From positions 76,570,001-76,634,000 of the forward strand of contig OX597820.1 in the NCBI GenBank assembly GCA_951406725.2: a stretch of DNA of 64,000 nt, written 5' to 3'. Source of the stretch: Octopus vulgaris (taxonomy: Eukaryota). Below, piece by piece: positions 1 to 14,956 of the stretch. The first letter of the stretch is position 1; every line of letters starts with the position of its first letter. The position numbers and the translations under genes are program-made. The notes under the pieces were generated by a model. That model saw nothing but the letters and a program-made list of their open reading frames with translations, ran no database searches and was not told where the DNA came from.

Positions 1-341
1 CTTTGTAACTTGGGGGAATTGTCACTGTTATGTCAAGTATACATAGTGAAATAATCCAAACGCTGTTGCTGAACTCGCTGCCGTATTCCAATTCCAGTGG
101 CAAGGATTTGAACGGCTCGGGGTTAGAATAGAAAACAATTGCCCAAGGTGCCGCCAAATGATACTTAACCTGGGACCATATAGTTGGGAAGCATATTTCT
201 AACTACACAGCCATGCCTGCACCTGTTATTAATAATGCTATTCTTAATGAATAACAGCACATGAACAGTAAAAGCCCTGCTTGTTTCTGATTTCTTCAAC
301 GTATGTTGTCAAAAATGTCCTGTAATATATAATGGCGAATA

Positions 342-990
342 AGGCGGCGAGCTGGCAGAAACGTTAGCACGCCGGGCGAAATGTTTAGCGGTATTTCGCA
401 TGCATTTACGTTCTGAGTTCAAATTCCGCCGAGGTCGACTTTGACTTTCATCTTTTCAGGGTAGATAAATTAAGTACGAATTGGGTAGTGGGTCGATGTA
501 ATCGACTTAATCCCTTGTCCTTGTTTGTCCCCTCTATGTGTAGCCCCTGGTGGGCAATAAAGAAATAAGAAACGTTAGAATGCCGGGGGAAATGCTTAGA
601 GGTCTTTCGTCTGTCTGCGTTCTGGGTTCAAATTCCGCCGAGGTCGACTTTTCCTTTCATCCTTTCGGGGTCGATAAATTAAGTACAAATTGCGTAGTGG
701 GATTGATCTAATTGATTGGCACCCTACCCCAAAATTTGGGGCCTTGTGCCTAGAGTAGAAAAGAATATTTCAAGGCGGTGAGCTGGCAGAAACGTTAGGA
801 TGCCGTTCGAAATGCTTTGCAGTATTTCGTCTGCTTTTACGTTCTGAATTCAAATTCCGCCGAGGTCGACCCTGCCTTTCATCCTTTCGGGGTCGATGAA
901 TTAAGAACCAGTTGCGTACTTGCCGTCGATCTAATTGACTTGCACCCTCCCCCAAAATGTCGGACTTTGTGCCTAGAGTAGAAAATAATA
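342..990 (+). mobile_element. Three tandem copies of a tRNA-derived SINE (family A; central region resembles the Meta/MESC SINE domain)
   Basis: Repeated unit ggcggcgagctggcagaaacgttag...GTTCAAATTCC (box B-like)...gaggtcgactttgcctttcatcctttcggggtcgataaattaagtac. The same unit recurs many times in the window. The domain name is recalled, not searched. Confidence 0.85.
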
Positions 991-1438
991 TGTAATGGCG
1001 AACGTTCAACTTCTCCCAATTTGGTCAATTCATTTTACAAGATGATATCCGGGGCAATGTTTTCACCTCCCATGTATTCGCTGTCCAGTCCTAGGTTGCC
1101 TAAGCAATTTAACTGTCGTCGAAACTTAATAATTTGTTTTTAAGCATTCATACATAAATGTTTTATGCCCTTAGAATTAATTGCTGCAAAGGCATATCAA
1201 CATTTTTGTTGACATGTAGAAGGGCCTGTGTAACATTTAAATAAATGAGAAAGAAGACAATGGTATACAATGGTATCGTATGCTTTTCATTTCAGAAATT
1301 AACTACTGTATTTAAGCGCTTGTAAAATACATGTTATTTATTGACACCTACGTAATTATGTATTTTCTGCAATCTGAAATATGTATAACAATATGAATGA
1401 AGATGACGATTTTATTATCATTATTATTATTATTATTA

Positions 1439-1507
<69 letters not shown>

Positions 1508-2214
1508 ATTATTATTTTTATTATTATTAGCTATTAAACCAAAATGAGGCGTAGTAAAAGCAGTGTAAATATGAACGACAAGCATTTATGAAATTTTAAC
1601 AAATCGTGGAAGAAAAATGAAGCAAATGGCAAAAGTGTATTTTCCCGAATATATTAATTCCTGTAAACAACATGAAAAATTAGAAAATACATAAATTAAC
1701 ATGATATAAACGTACATAAATGAAGAGATAGATCCAGAAAAATGAAGAACGAAAATGGAAAACAATATGCATAACAGTAAATTCTGTGCAACGAAGGACG
1801 TATATAAATATGTAACGCATAATGTTTTGTTTTTTCTTGCCTTTCGGATAGAACATATATTATATATAATTCAAATATTGAAGGGTTTCTGTGGAAAAAA
1901 ATAGATTCAAAACTCTGGAGTTATTTCAGAACATAATATTATGAAATACATAAAAATTGTAGTCAACAATATCGACAAACACATAGTACTGTTTTTATAC
2001 GTTATCTCACACTCTCTCTGTTCCCCTCTCTCTCTCTCTCTTCATATATACATATGTGTGTGTGTACATATGTATTAATATATTGTCTACACACACACAT
2101 ATGTACGTATAGAAACCTTTGTTACTGTTATAAATGTAATCATATATATATACATACATATATACATGCATACATGCACACACATATATATGTATGTGAA
2201 TATATATTTATATA

Positions 2215-2266
<52 letters not shown>

Positions 2267-2393
2267 CGCATATATATATACACATATACATATAAACATA
2301 TATATGTATATATATATGTATGTATTATATATATATATATATATATATATAAATATATATGTATGTATATATGTATATATATATATATATGTA

Positions 2394-2511
<118 letters not shown>

Positions 2512-4023
2512 CCGACAAGAAGATCAAAATCAGAAGAGAATGCAGAGTAACTTGTACGCTTCTCCATCAGAAATGTTTTAATCCACAATTCACGGAGAAT
2601 TTAATAATAGTTTATAAACTACAATCCATCTGACGCGATAATTTTTTTAAGCATATTTAAATATGTATTCAGTATAGTGATGCATGTAAGAAAGAAGTTA
2701 TATCTGCAATGCAATGAAGGGAAAGTGGACTGTTTAGATCCCATTTTGTATTAAATAATAATAATTCTAATAAAATTATATAAAATCACTACTGATTGCC
2801 CTTTGGCTATATATCAATTTATACTAATATCATTCATTGAGTATAGAAGATATCTACTATATGGCGAAGTAACAGCCTTGTTTTATACGTCAACAATGTG
2901 TAGTCTTGTACGTTTACCAAGCGCTTCCTTCTTCATTGTTTCGTAGGTAGGATTAACTCTGTTTTCTTGTTGAGACTATGTTTAGTTTACGACAGCATAA
3001 CACGATAACATCATAAGTTGTTCTCGTATTTGTGCATAAATGAAACCTGTATGATTCATAATATCTTTTATCTTAATGTTTTTCGTCATGCAACTGAGGA
3101 AATATCTATTTAAAATTGTCATCTGTGTGTCATTTTTAATGTATACACTTGTCGATAGGTCAGTTGCGATATTATTTGTCTGATATAACATCTCTTATAG
3201 ACTAGCTGTGTTAAAAAAAACAAAATAAATATCAGAGGGAGGCGAAAATTCGTCCCAGCAGCGGCAGCGAGGGCGCCAGATGCATTTCGGCCGTTTTGAG
3301 CCTTTTCAAGGGCGCATACTCGCGACCAGTCACATCCTTCTTCAAGAATGTATATTTCAAATTAATTTTTTAATAGTCCGTGCATTAAATATGCCAAGAA
3401 CAATGTTAGCTTTGAAACCAAGAATTATGAGACTGAATATTATATTTTTTTTTACAATATTTCTCTTATCACATGTTTTAAAAATATTATTCAAGAATTT
3501 CTCTTTCGTGGACAGAAAGTTCATAACTAGTTATAACCAATCAAGAATAAGAAATACTGCGCCGATAATATTTATGAAGAAACTCAATTTTTTTGTACAA
3601 AGGAAAGTAATTGAAGTTTGGAGAGTAGAAAGTACGAACAATAATTCATATAAGACACCAATATTTTGCAGAAACAGAATTGATTCTTTGTATAAAACTC
3701 TCTATTCAAAATTTATACATGAATTATTTTCTTACAAATGAACCTGTCAGATAGCAGCCTACAAACAAGAAATACTTACAGAAAATATCAGTTCATTAAG
3801 AGGAAGGATATTGAAAATAGAAATACCAGTGACAGGATTGATAAAAGAAATATAAATAAAGTAAGTAATGATGACAGACATTTCCTTCATGACCAAACTC
3901 TCATTGACGTTTTCAAATTCTATTTGGTAAAAGAAAAAGAAGTCGGAAAGTGAGGTGCTGCAACAGAGTGAACATAGCAACAGAATGCGAGCGAAATGAA
4001 CGAGCGAATGTTTTATGTAGTCG

Positions 4024-4255
4024 GTGAGCTGGCAGAAACGTTAGCACGCCGCCGGACGAAATGCTTAGCAGTATTTCGTGTGCCGTTACGTTCTGAGTTC
4101 AAATTCCGCTGAGGTCGACTTTGCCTTTCATCTTTTCGGGGTCGATAAATTAAGTACCAGTTACACACTGGAGTCGATGTAATCGACTCAATCCCTTTGT
4201 ATGTTCTTGCTTGTCCCCTCTATATTTCGCCCCTTGTGGGCAATAGAGAAATAAG
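4024..4255 (+). mobile_element. SINE family A copy
   Basis: Near-identical to the unit at 342-570. Confidence 0.85.
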
Positions 4256-4289
4256 AAGATTAGAGAGAACAGAGAAGCATTCGTCACAG

Positions 4290-5280
4290 CACTTCTGGTG
4301 AGCAGGATGACCCAAGTTTTGTAGGATTCTTGGTTGCCCCTGGGTGTTGGTTTCCCTCATTGGGCAATTTTCGTGTTAATTATTATTGTTTTGAATCGCT
4401 TACTGAAGATTCCAGTAGTCATTTTGTCGGTATTGTTCTAAATATTTTTTGTAGCTCTTCTCTCCAATAATGAAATCTTTGTTATTAATATCTCTTTATC
4501 ACAGGTTTTGTTGGAGCTCCTGGAGTCATGCATTCGTAGCGGGCCTGCAACCTGCAGCCCATGGTACTATGCTGCGTGTTCTTTTCGACTATCTAGTACT
4601 TTCCCGATTATTCTGGCCGTGCCAAGGAGGCAAAACTTTTGTAACAGTTCTACTGGGCACTCTTTTCCAATATCCTTGATATACCTCGTGAACCCTTTTG
4701 ATACTGTTCGCAAGCAACCAACACTAATTGGCACTATCTTCACCTTCTTCATTTTCTATAACCTGACCATTTCGTACTTAAGAGGGTTGTATTTATCTAC
4801 TTTTTCGCCTTCCTTCTTGACTATTCGTGAGTCAAAGGAGCATGCAACATCAACTATAGAGCACATGTTGTGCATCTTGTCGACCACTACTAGATCCAGC
4901 TTGATATGCTCTAGCATCTGATCAGTTTTGATTGGGAAATCCCAGGGGATTTGCTAGTCTCCACTCCGCCACTCTCTGTGCTCATACCACGGCTTGCCTC
5001 CCTAGCACCTACAGTTTCCAATGTAGCACTTTCGCTACCTTATCGTGTCGCCACAACTTATAGTAGTTTTGGGCAAGTCTAAGGCATTCATTAGTTAAAT
5101 GGGCAATAGTTTCCTCAACTCTATTACAGATGCGGCACAGAGGAGATACTCGCTCATTCCTAATGTTGATCCTGCAATTCATGACCAAAGCTTGCTCATG
5201 CGCTGCTTCTATAGTGCTCCCTGTCTCTTTTTTCAATGTTCCTCTCTTCAGCCAATCTCACATATTTTCCACTTGTGTTG
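4290..5280 (-). mobile_element. 3' fragment of an R4/Dong-like non-LTR retrotransposon (restriction-like endonuclease clade), degenerate
   Basis: Minus-strand peptides CRICNRVEETIAHLTNEC (CCHC knuckle), YKLWRHDKVAKVLHWKL (RHD motif), PISVGCL and LQKFCLLGTARII (typical C-terminus). Bordered by (ATT)n. Confidence 0.8.
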
Positions 5281-5298
5281 TTGCTGCTGTTATTGTTG

Positions 5299-5396
<98 letters not shown>

Positions 5397-5399
5397 TAG

Positions 5400-7230
5400 C
5401 CGTATTTTTATCACGTGCTTTCACCACACTGCCATGTACAGCTCTGTGTGCCTTGGCTTTGTTCTGTGGTGTGTTGTGGTGCTCTTACTCTCATTGTATT
5501 GAAAGTGTTTTATGTAGGATGTATGCGGTACCTAGTAGTGCTATTTTCTGTATATCATATACACTTGTAAGTCCTGGTGTTTTGGTTATGTATTTGTCTG
5601 GATGTTTTTTATATCATACTTAATACACCTACTATCATAAGAATTGTTTCTGTTTTTAGGCTCTACATTCGAGTTACTTCTATTTCCAGATCTTTGTATG
5701 TTGAAAGATTATAAACGTTTTCATCTGTTGGTATTGATACATCAGTGAAGGCGCGTGGTTTAGTGGCTAGTGCATTTGACTCACGAGCGTAAGGTTGTCA
5801 GTTCAATACCCAGCGACGCGTTGTGTCCAGGAGCAAGACACTTTATTTCACGTCGCTCCAGTCCACTCATCTAGCAAAAGTGAATGGTACCTGTATTTCA
5901 AAGGGCCGGCCTTGCCACACTCTGTCACACTGAATCTCCCTGAGAACTGCGTTAAGTGTACACGGGTCATGCTCAGCGACATGCATTTTAGGAGCAAGCT
6001 GTTCCGTTGATCGTATTAGCTGAAACCCTCGTCGTCGTAACCGACGTAGTGCCCCTCATTGATACATCGATTAGAAGGCATTCTTTCCTTAGTGATCACT
6101 GTCACCTATATTCGGTATGTTAGCCTTGATTTCTCTATCTGTGTGTATTGGCATATCCCAGATTATGGTTGCTTTCTCATTTTCTGTGACCCTTTCTGGG
6201 GTGTGCCTATACTGTCTCTTTTCTGTTGTCATTTCATAGTGTTTGCATAGCATCCAGGGTATATAGGTCCCAACTCTTTCATGTCCGTGAATATTTTCTT
6301 TCTTAGCCAGGACTCTGGGCAGCCAGAGACAATATGATTTATTGTTTTTTCTCCATCCCCACATATTCTGCAGTTACGTGTTGTATTTGTTTACATTTTG
6401 TATTTTTGATGATTTCTGATGGGAAGACTTTGATCTTGTGCTGCAATTAAAATTCCTCCAGTCTCTGATTTCAGTCCTGAGCTTCTCAACCAACGTCGGG
6501 ATTTTGCTTTGTTTATTATTTATCTATTTACTTAACCCAGTATTTGACATGTAGGGCCTTTTCGTGCCATTGTCTTATCATGATACGCTGTTGTACCAGT
6601 TTTAGTATGGATTGTAGCTGTTCTACAGATTTCGTTGTTTCTTCTTTCCTTCAATGACTTCTCTTTTGTATTTTTCAACTTCCTCAAAGACAGAAAACAG
6701 ATTTTTGGCTTCGTATTTTGTGGCTTGTTGTGTCAGTTTTCTTTGCTTCTGAAGTAGGTATTTGTTTAATTCTATGGTGGTTATTTTAGTTTTCTAGCTG
6801 TATAAGGCCTCTATCACCTTCAATATGTTAAATATATATAACTTTTCTACGTCAGATTTTGGGTGGTGCATCCTAAAATCTGTCATCATTTTTCTTGTTT
6901 TCCTATTTTGATTACTTCATTTAGAGTCCAGTTAAGAACATTGTAGCTATAACTTACAACCGGGACGGTTAGAGTGTTGATACCTATTATCTTGGTTTTC
7001 GCATTGAGCTCTGCTTTCAGTATTAATCTAACACGTCTATAGTATTCCTTTCTTATCTTCTCTTTCATTTTTGTGTGTTAAATCGTATCTAGTTCATCGA
7101 TTCCTAAATATTTGTATGTCTGGCTTTGGTCTAATTCTCTTATTTCATTTGCTTTATCTAGTGTGATGTTGTTACTTTTAACTAGTTTTCGTTTTATTAA
7201 AGGTTACTTTGGTACATATTTTCATCATCA
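5400..7230 (-). mobile_element. R4/Dong-like LINE fragment (end of RT/thumb through endonuclease), interrupted by a SINE
   Basis: Peptides MKEKIRKEYYRRVRLILKAELNAKTKIIGINT and IIWDMPIHTDREIKANIPNI. Multiple frameshifts. 3' side ends at an (ATT)n tract. Confidence 0.8.
5744..6057 (+). mobile_element. tRNA-derived SINE (family C) inserted into the LINE with an 11-bp target-site duplication
   Basis: Box A-like TGGTTTAGTGG and box B-like GTTCAATACCC. Flanked by direct repeats ATTGATACATC at 5733-5743 and 6058-6068. Related minus-strand copies at about 14255-14460 and 43830-44120. Confidence 0.85.
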
Positions 7231-7269
7231 ACATCATTGAGGATAATGATGATGAAATTAACAACAAAA

Positions 7270-7304
<35 letters not shown>

Positions 7305-7772
7305 AATAAGAAGAAGGAGGAGGAGGAGGAGGAGGAGCAGAAGAAGAAGAAGAAGAAGAAGAAGAAGAAGAAGAAGAAGAAGACTGCTGTGCATGTCTGA
7401 GAGAAATGGAAAAACTAGGAAAATAGATCTATCGAGATAGATAGCAATCTGGAAATCGATTTAACTAAAATGCGATGTTACTCTACTCGCTGTTTTAGAT
7501 ATATTGTAAAGATGCTGATAATGCAGATGATGGAACTATGACCTTATACATACACACAAGCCGGATAGTCTAAGTATAGGTTTTCCTTATGCTGGTCGTA
7601 GTATTTTCGGTAAAACAAGAAAATGAAAAAGAGAAAAATATTGCACGTACTGAAGAAGGACATTACTTCATTCTGCTATGCAGTGCAAGGAACTGGAATA
7701 TTTTTTCGTAAAAAAAAAAATAAAAAAATAAGGGAACCGAAACATTGAATGATGTATTGAAGTTATACTTAC

Positions 7773-8040
7773 TTTTGTTTTTAAGAGATGCTTAAAATCA
7801 GGCTTCAGGAAAAAGATGATGCCGTTTAAAGAACCTTCTAACGTGACACCTCTTACTAAGAGTACCGTCAGCATGAAATATGGAAATATCGCTGTGAAGT
7901 AGACTATTTTGCCGAGTGACTGTATTCCTTTGAAGAGACATACTAATATAAGTAGCCACGAAAGGAGAAGACAAAGAACCAATAACCAGTTGGGCGATCC
8001 AAATTCGTTTATCGTTGGTTTCTGTTGTAGAAGCTGATGT
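7773..8040 (-). CDS. SLC6 family transporter, internal exon encoding TM4-TM5 (268 nt, phase 2 to 0); amino-acid transporter branch (GlyT/PROT-like)
   Basis: Acceptor ttctcgtttttgtttttaAG and donor GTAAGT. Translates HQLLQQKPTINEFGSPNWLLVLCLLLSWLLILVCLFKGIQSLGKIVYFTAIFPYFMLTVLLVRGVTLEGSLNGIIFFLKPDFKHLLKTK, with the motifs GKxVYFTAxFPY and RGVTLxG. Confidence 0.96.
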
Positions 8041-8063
8041 CTTAAAAACAAAAACGAGAAAGA

Positions 8064-8134
<71 letters not shown>

Positions 8135-8739
8135 TAACAACAACAACAATAATATTGTTTAGAACAACAGCAACAACAATAAGCACAGGTGCCGATGTAA
8201 TCGACTAGACAACTCACCCTCCCCGAAAAAAATTCAAGCCTTATGCCTTTAGTAGAAATAATTTTTATTACTTTATCAACCCCAAAATTATGAAAGGCAA
8301 AGTCGGCTTCAAAATGTAAAGATGGACGAAATACTCCAAATCGACAACAATCGTAATGTCGACGGATGGGATAATTCGATTACATCGCCCCTTTTTTTTA
8401 ACCTTCTTTTATCGACTACGGAAGGACAAAATGCTAAGCAGACTGCGACAGAATTTTGGCTCGGACATAAAGACGGACGAAACACCGCTAAGCATTTTGC
8501 CCGGCTTACTTAACGATACTGCCACTTTCATGATGACGATAATGAGTATATCGACCCTAGAGTTTCACTGGTACTTATTTTACTAACCCCGAAAGGATGA
8601 AAGTCAAAGTCGAACTCAGTGGAATTTATACTCAGAACGTAGCGACATGCGAAATTCCGCTAAGCGTTTCGCCCAGCGAGCTAACGATTCTGTCAGCTCG
8701 CTGTCCTCATAATATGTCAAGAAAATATTAAAAATTGCT

Positions 8740-9950
8740 CAATGAGATCGAAAAATGTGGCATCTCAAGACGGTTAAAATGACAGTGAATGTAGGAGAAC
8801 GAGGAATGGTAAAAAAAATGGTATTGAAAATTGTTTGAGATAAGCAACCCCAGCAAGAAGAGGTCCAATCCAAATTGAAACGGCTAATAAAACAACCACG
8901 GTAGGAGTGAAAATGTACATATAATGTAACGCTAACTGGATGATACGGCTGGTAAGACAACAAAATCAGGATGAGAAACTGTGCTCAATCTTAAACGGGG
9001 TGCATAAATAGAAGCGAGAGCTTAATCGCTCTAGTTATAGTGATGATAATGAGGACTTTAGGCAACAAAAGGCAACAAAAGGCAAAAAAAAAGGCCACTA
9101 AAGCAACAAAAATGTGTAAAACAAAAGCCACGCAGGAAACATTGAAGGAAATGTCGAGACTGTTGCAAACAAAACTATTAGTTTGGCAATGCCGCAAACG
9201 AGGCCGGGAAGCTGATGTAGTTAAGAAAAGAACCCATCAGTGGTAGCAGATCACTAGTTTGAAAACTAAAACAAAAGAATTCATCCTAACGGTACAAGAT
9301 CTGAGCCTTCTTACTCGAACTATCAAGCTGATGCCACGCACAATGGAGCAGAAATAAAGTGTAGACTCTGTGGTGACAAGCTTGAGAGTCTTGACTGAAA
9401 AGTTACCAGCCGTTTAGTTCTAGCCCCCACAGAATATAAACTCAGGCATGACCGAGTTGGTCAATAATTGCACTTGAAGCAAATGCCGTCACTATGATAT
9501 CCTGCACTCTAAGAACGGGTATGAATACCATCCAGTGTCAATCACAGAAGGGAAGAATGTTATCATCCTATGTGATTATGGGATGCATACAGGCAGACAA
9601 ATAAATGATAATCGTCATCAAAATCTAAAACAGAAAACATGACTGTTAATTGATATGATGGTACCTGCTGATAGAAAGATCTCAGCAAAAGAATTCGAAA
9701 AACTACCGAAAACAATTCCTGCTGTAGGTGCCATAGGAATGATAAAGAAAGGGCACCGACAAACGTGTTGACCAGATTCCAGGAAAACCAGCATTCTACA
9801 AAGTTCAAAAACTTGCGCTGACATCAACAGCTCACATTCTCAGGAGGTTTATCGCCATTTAATATATGCCTGCCATAGGACGCTGGTTGAAACCCGGCCG
9901 GAAGATGAAATAAAATGGAAATCAAACGAATTTCATTATGAATTTATTGC
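8740..9950 (+). mobile_element. Degenerate R4/Dong-like LINE 3' fragment
   Basis: Broken coding remnants KCRLCG, LRHDRV and VGAIGMIK match motifs in the other R4-like fragments. Confidence 0.65.
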
Positions 9951-10759
9951 AAAAAAAGAGACGGTGGTGGTGATGATGATGACGATGATCATGATGACGA
10001 CGATCATGATAACAATGATGATGTTGATGCTGACGACGACGATGATGATGAAGGTGATGATGACGATGGTGATAACGATGATGATGACGATGAGGTTATT
10101 GATGGAGTTGATGATTTTGATGACTCATGGCATTCAAACGAATGTGGCGTTCGTACATATAGAAATATTTAATTAGATATTTCGGTAGATAAATGCGTTT
10201 ATATTCCTCACAACAATAATACGGTAGCATCTCTTTTCCACCTTTAGCAAAGTTCGTTCCGTGGCAGTAATATCCAGCTAGAGATAGCAGAGAACTGCAA
10301 CATATTTCAAAAGATTTTTCGCTAAGCTATTACGCAGAATAGCAAAACCTAATGGATCCCGTAATGGTCGGTGTTACTATGGTATTAACACAACACGCGG
10401 CCATGTAAACACACAGAGACGAACTGATGTAGAGACGTATATGCACAGATACCCAGACATACTCAGGCACGAACACGGACACAGATTCACACATACACAC
10501 ATACAAAACACACATATACACACATGCGTGCAATTGTATATTCTCTCTCTCCATCTACATATTTACCAGTTCATTTGTCTATCTACTTATCTATCTCCCA
10601 AGTACTATGTTTACGTGTGTGTACACACACTCACATACAAACACTTATATACATATATATATACATATATATATGCAAATATATATGTATATAAATATGC
10701 ATATATATATATATATATATACATATATATATGCATATATATATGTATATAAATATGCA

Positions 10760-10795
<36 letters not shown>

Positions 10796-10817
10796 TGTAT
10801 GTATGTATGTATGTATG

Positions 10818-10886
<69 letters not shown>

Positions 10887-11474
10887 TGTGTGTGTGTGAA
10901 AGAGACCTTACACACAGGGGCACACTCATATACTCATATAGTTGCAATTTCCAGGAAGCTTTCGTTGTGAAGAGTACAAAACTACAATGGGTATTTTTTC
11001 TAATTCCCTACGCTTTTTTTTTTCTGTATCGGATAAGTGCAATATTCCTTCCTATGTTATTACGCATTCATACTTTTCTCAATAATTATGCTTGCGGATA
11101 CAGAAAGATTTGGGAAAAATAGTTGCGAGCAGAAGTACTACACTTAGAGGCTTTCTTTTTTTGCCATTGTGTTATAGACATCGCCATTTACAATAACTTA
11201 AATAATATGTCACACGCGGCTTAGTCGTTAGGTGTCAAGCTAAGACCGCGGGATATATTTAAAGCACAACACTATTACCAGCTCCAGAATTTGCACGATG
11301 ATGTCATAATGATATAGTTGCCAAATACTTTTGAATCAGTAATTTTCTGCATGAAATAATGTGGTAGCGCAGTGATGTAAATGGTTTTCATTTGGTACAT
11401 ACAATCATACAAGCTTGCCCATAGAGAGCGGCAACGATGTATTTCTGTCTGTCTATCTGTCTATGTGTGTTTGC

Positions 11475-11895
<421 letters not shown>

Positions 11896-12023
11896 TATTC
11901 CTCAATTTGTACATACACTCGCATGCACGCGCGCACACACACACATATGAGTGTATGTTAACAGAGAGATAGAGAGTGATTAATAAAAAGGTATCTACGA
12001 ATATATATATATAAATATGTATG

Positions 12024-12073
<50 letters not shown>

Positions 12074-12609
12074 TATATAAACAGATAAAGATATGTATAT
12101 ACAAACATAAATACACGCGTGCACACACACACACATACATACATAATATATAAATATTCCGTTTTCGCTTTGACACAGCTAGTCGTGTTCTTGGAACTCA
12201 ATATGCTTATGACAGAGTAAAATGACAGAAAATGTGCAGAGCATAATATTAATGACTGGCAGCAGAAGAGGCGTGACATATTCATCTGCATCAGCTTAAT
12301 TCTATCAGAAGCAGGCTTTTAGGCATGGACAGAGAACTATAGCCATGTTTGTCCCTGATTAAAACTTTATTATGATTTGACAAATGAATTCTGGTAAAAA
12401 TACTGAGAAACACTTGTTTCTAGACAGTAATTTGTAATGCAGTCACGTGCATGGATGTTGTGGTATGGTATGAAATTTTAATTTATCGTAATTACACGCT
12501 TAGCAAAGGAACAGTGCGAACTTGTATTTAAACAAATTGGATCTCGATTATAATATCGTTGGCTTGATTCTCGGTCTGGCAAAAGTATCAAGTGTTTCAC
12601 TAAAATATA

Positions 12610-13135
12610 TTTGGTTGTCCGGAAAGTTCGTGCTTTCCTTTCCACTTATTTTAGAACATGGTTGAACACCTCCATTTAGAGCACAGTTTAAGCTATTCGT
12701 GGAAGAAGGTTTATTTTCCTATAACCTGTGTTAATTCTGTAACCCTTAAAAATGAAAGATAAGAAAGTTTATTTTCGGCACTTGATGCTTTGGGAACCAG
12801 ACAAAAAATTGCTGTAGCTCGGCTGGGATGTGTTACCCCACCCTCCATATTCACTAGATATTGTTCCTTCGGATTTCCACTTACTCAGGCCTCTGCAGAA
12901 TAGTCTTAATGGTAAAAATTCCAATTCCTTGGATGACGTAAAAAGATACCTTGATGAATTCTTTGCCATGAAAAAACCTCAATTCTGTGAAGAGGGTATT
13001 TTCACGATAAGAAAAAACGGAAACGCATTGTGGAAAAAAATAGTTCATATTTGGCTGATCAAAAGTGTAATGGCAAGTATTTATTGACCTTTTTCTTTCC
13101 TTTAAATATCGGCACGAACTTTCCGGGCAACCCAA
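12610..13135 (+). mobile_element. Internally deleted mariner element (about 525 bp) with both TIRs
   Basis: TIRs TTTGGTTGTCCGGAAAGTTCGTGC / GCACGAACTTTCCGGGCAACCCAA flanked by TA. N-terminal remnant MKDKKVYFRHLMLWE is fused to GWDVLPHPPYSLDIVPSDFHL. Confidence 0.9.
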
Positions 13136-13523
13136 TATTACTTCCTGTTACTTCAGTTCATTCATCCTGTTATACTGAGCATTACGACATACGGTGGCTC
13201 TAATCAACAACATGTAAGAGCGGTGGTGTAAACTTGTAACCAACACAACTGAAATCCGTTACGTGTGAAGAGAAACATGTCTAGTATTGACAGGTCCAAC
13301 ACTAGTGGTAACTTATATATTTACGCTTTACTTTTAGCGTACTTAGATAAGAAACAACAGTCTTATTTTAAATTATTAATTCTTGTAAGGAAGGTAGGTT
13401 TCCTACTTTTGAAGTGTATTGATACCAGTGAATTAAAACTAGAATATGTCCATTTTCCATTCCATATCTAATCACATGGAAATTTTCCAGACACACACAT
13501 ATATATTGCTTCCACACACACAC

Positions 13524-13675
<152 letters not shown>

Positions 13676-14107
13676 ATACCTACTCCACTGCCACAAAGGG
13701 AAATAATAAATCGTAGAATATTACATAAATAAAGTGAAATACAGACCGTTTAACTCCCAAGTGTAGTCTAGGTTATTTACGCAGCCATGCTGTCTCAAAC
13801 AATTTAGCTTTTCTCCTCCTCTGTCTTTCTTTGTCACTTATATCCTATATGTATTTAATTAAATTCGTATCCTACCCACTTCCATATTCATTAGATTCAC
13901 GTTGGCTCTACCTGTCGGCACGAGATCCGTCTATTTACAAAACGTAAGCAATTCACTTGATTGTAAGATTCACAAGCAGAGAATCACTCTAGATAGATAC
14001 ACAGTTATCCGCATGCACATGCATGAAAAATATTCATCTATATACATGTGTGTATGAGTCTGTGTGCGCGTGTGTACGCGTGCGGTTTCTGTGCGTCTGT
14101 TTGTGTG

Positions 14108-14180
<73 letters not shown>

Positions 14181-14956
14181 TTATATTTATATTTATATAT
14201 TCTTCTCTTGTTTATCAGCCATGCAACTGCAGTCATATATATATATATATATAACGTGGCATTCCGTCGGTTACGATGACGTGGGTTTCCGATGCTGTGA
14301 TAAAGAGAACAGCCTGCTCGTAAATTTCACGTGCAAAGCACCACACAGGCACACGTACCCTTAAAGTAGTTCCCAGAAAGATTCAGTATGAGTCAAAATG
14401 TGACAAGTTTGGCCCTTTGACAAACAGGTACTACTCATTTTTACCAGCTGAGGGGACAAGGGCAATATGCTTTAATTATTGCAGCTGTAATTTCTGATTT
14501 TAGAATGTGCAGCGCCACCTTGTTTATTTTATTTGGTTATTTTAATAACACTCAAGAGTAGAAACGATCATATTTGAAGCTTTTGATTAAAACTGAATTT
14601 AACCGTTCGTTAGGTGAGTAGTAATATTATTCCCGTCGTCTCTACGATTTTCCCTGATGTCACTTCACTGTCAATAAAAACGGAGATCCTGACGAGAGAG
14701 TAAAATGTAATTCTCCGAACACTTTTACACATGCCTAAAATGCATACCACGAATTTTGTTGGATTATCTGGTTTGATGTTACAGAGTCTCTTCAAATCTC
14801 GGCAATATGTACACCCATCGAAGCTGCTGAGGCAAAAGAACATGAATGGAATGCCTCACGTATATGTTTCCGATTACAGTTTGTGCAGTGTACGCAGGCT
14901 TTACTCAATGAATAGTAGTTGTTGTATATTTTCGTTGGAAGAGAAAGATATTTATA

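Noticed and set aside
342-430. tRNA genes suggested by box A/B motifs
   Set aside because: These are SINE heads followed by repeat bodies, with no complete cloverleaf.
3234-3953. GC-rich start (gagggaggcgaaaattcgtccc) and ORFs 3280-3741 and 3738-3953
   Set aside because: May be a transposon end, but no matching inverted terminus or recognisable protein motif was found.
7668-8186. 172-aa ORF as a complete gene
   Set aside because: Only 7773-8040 is exon; the N-terminal poly-Ile comes from an intronic (TTA)n.
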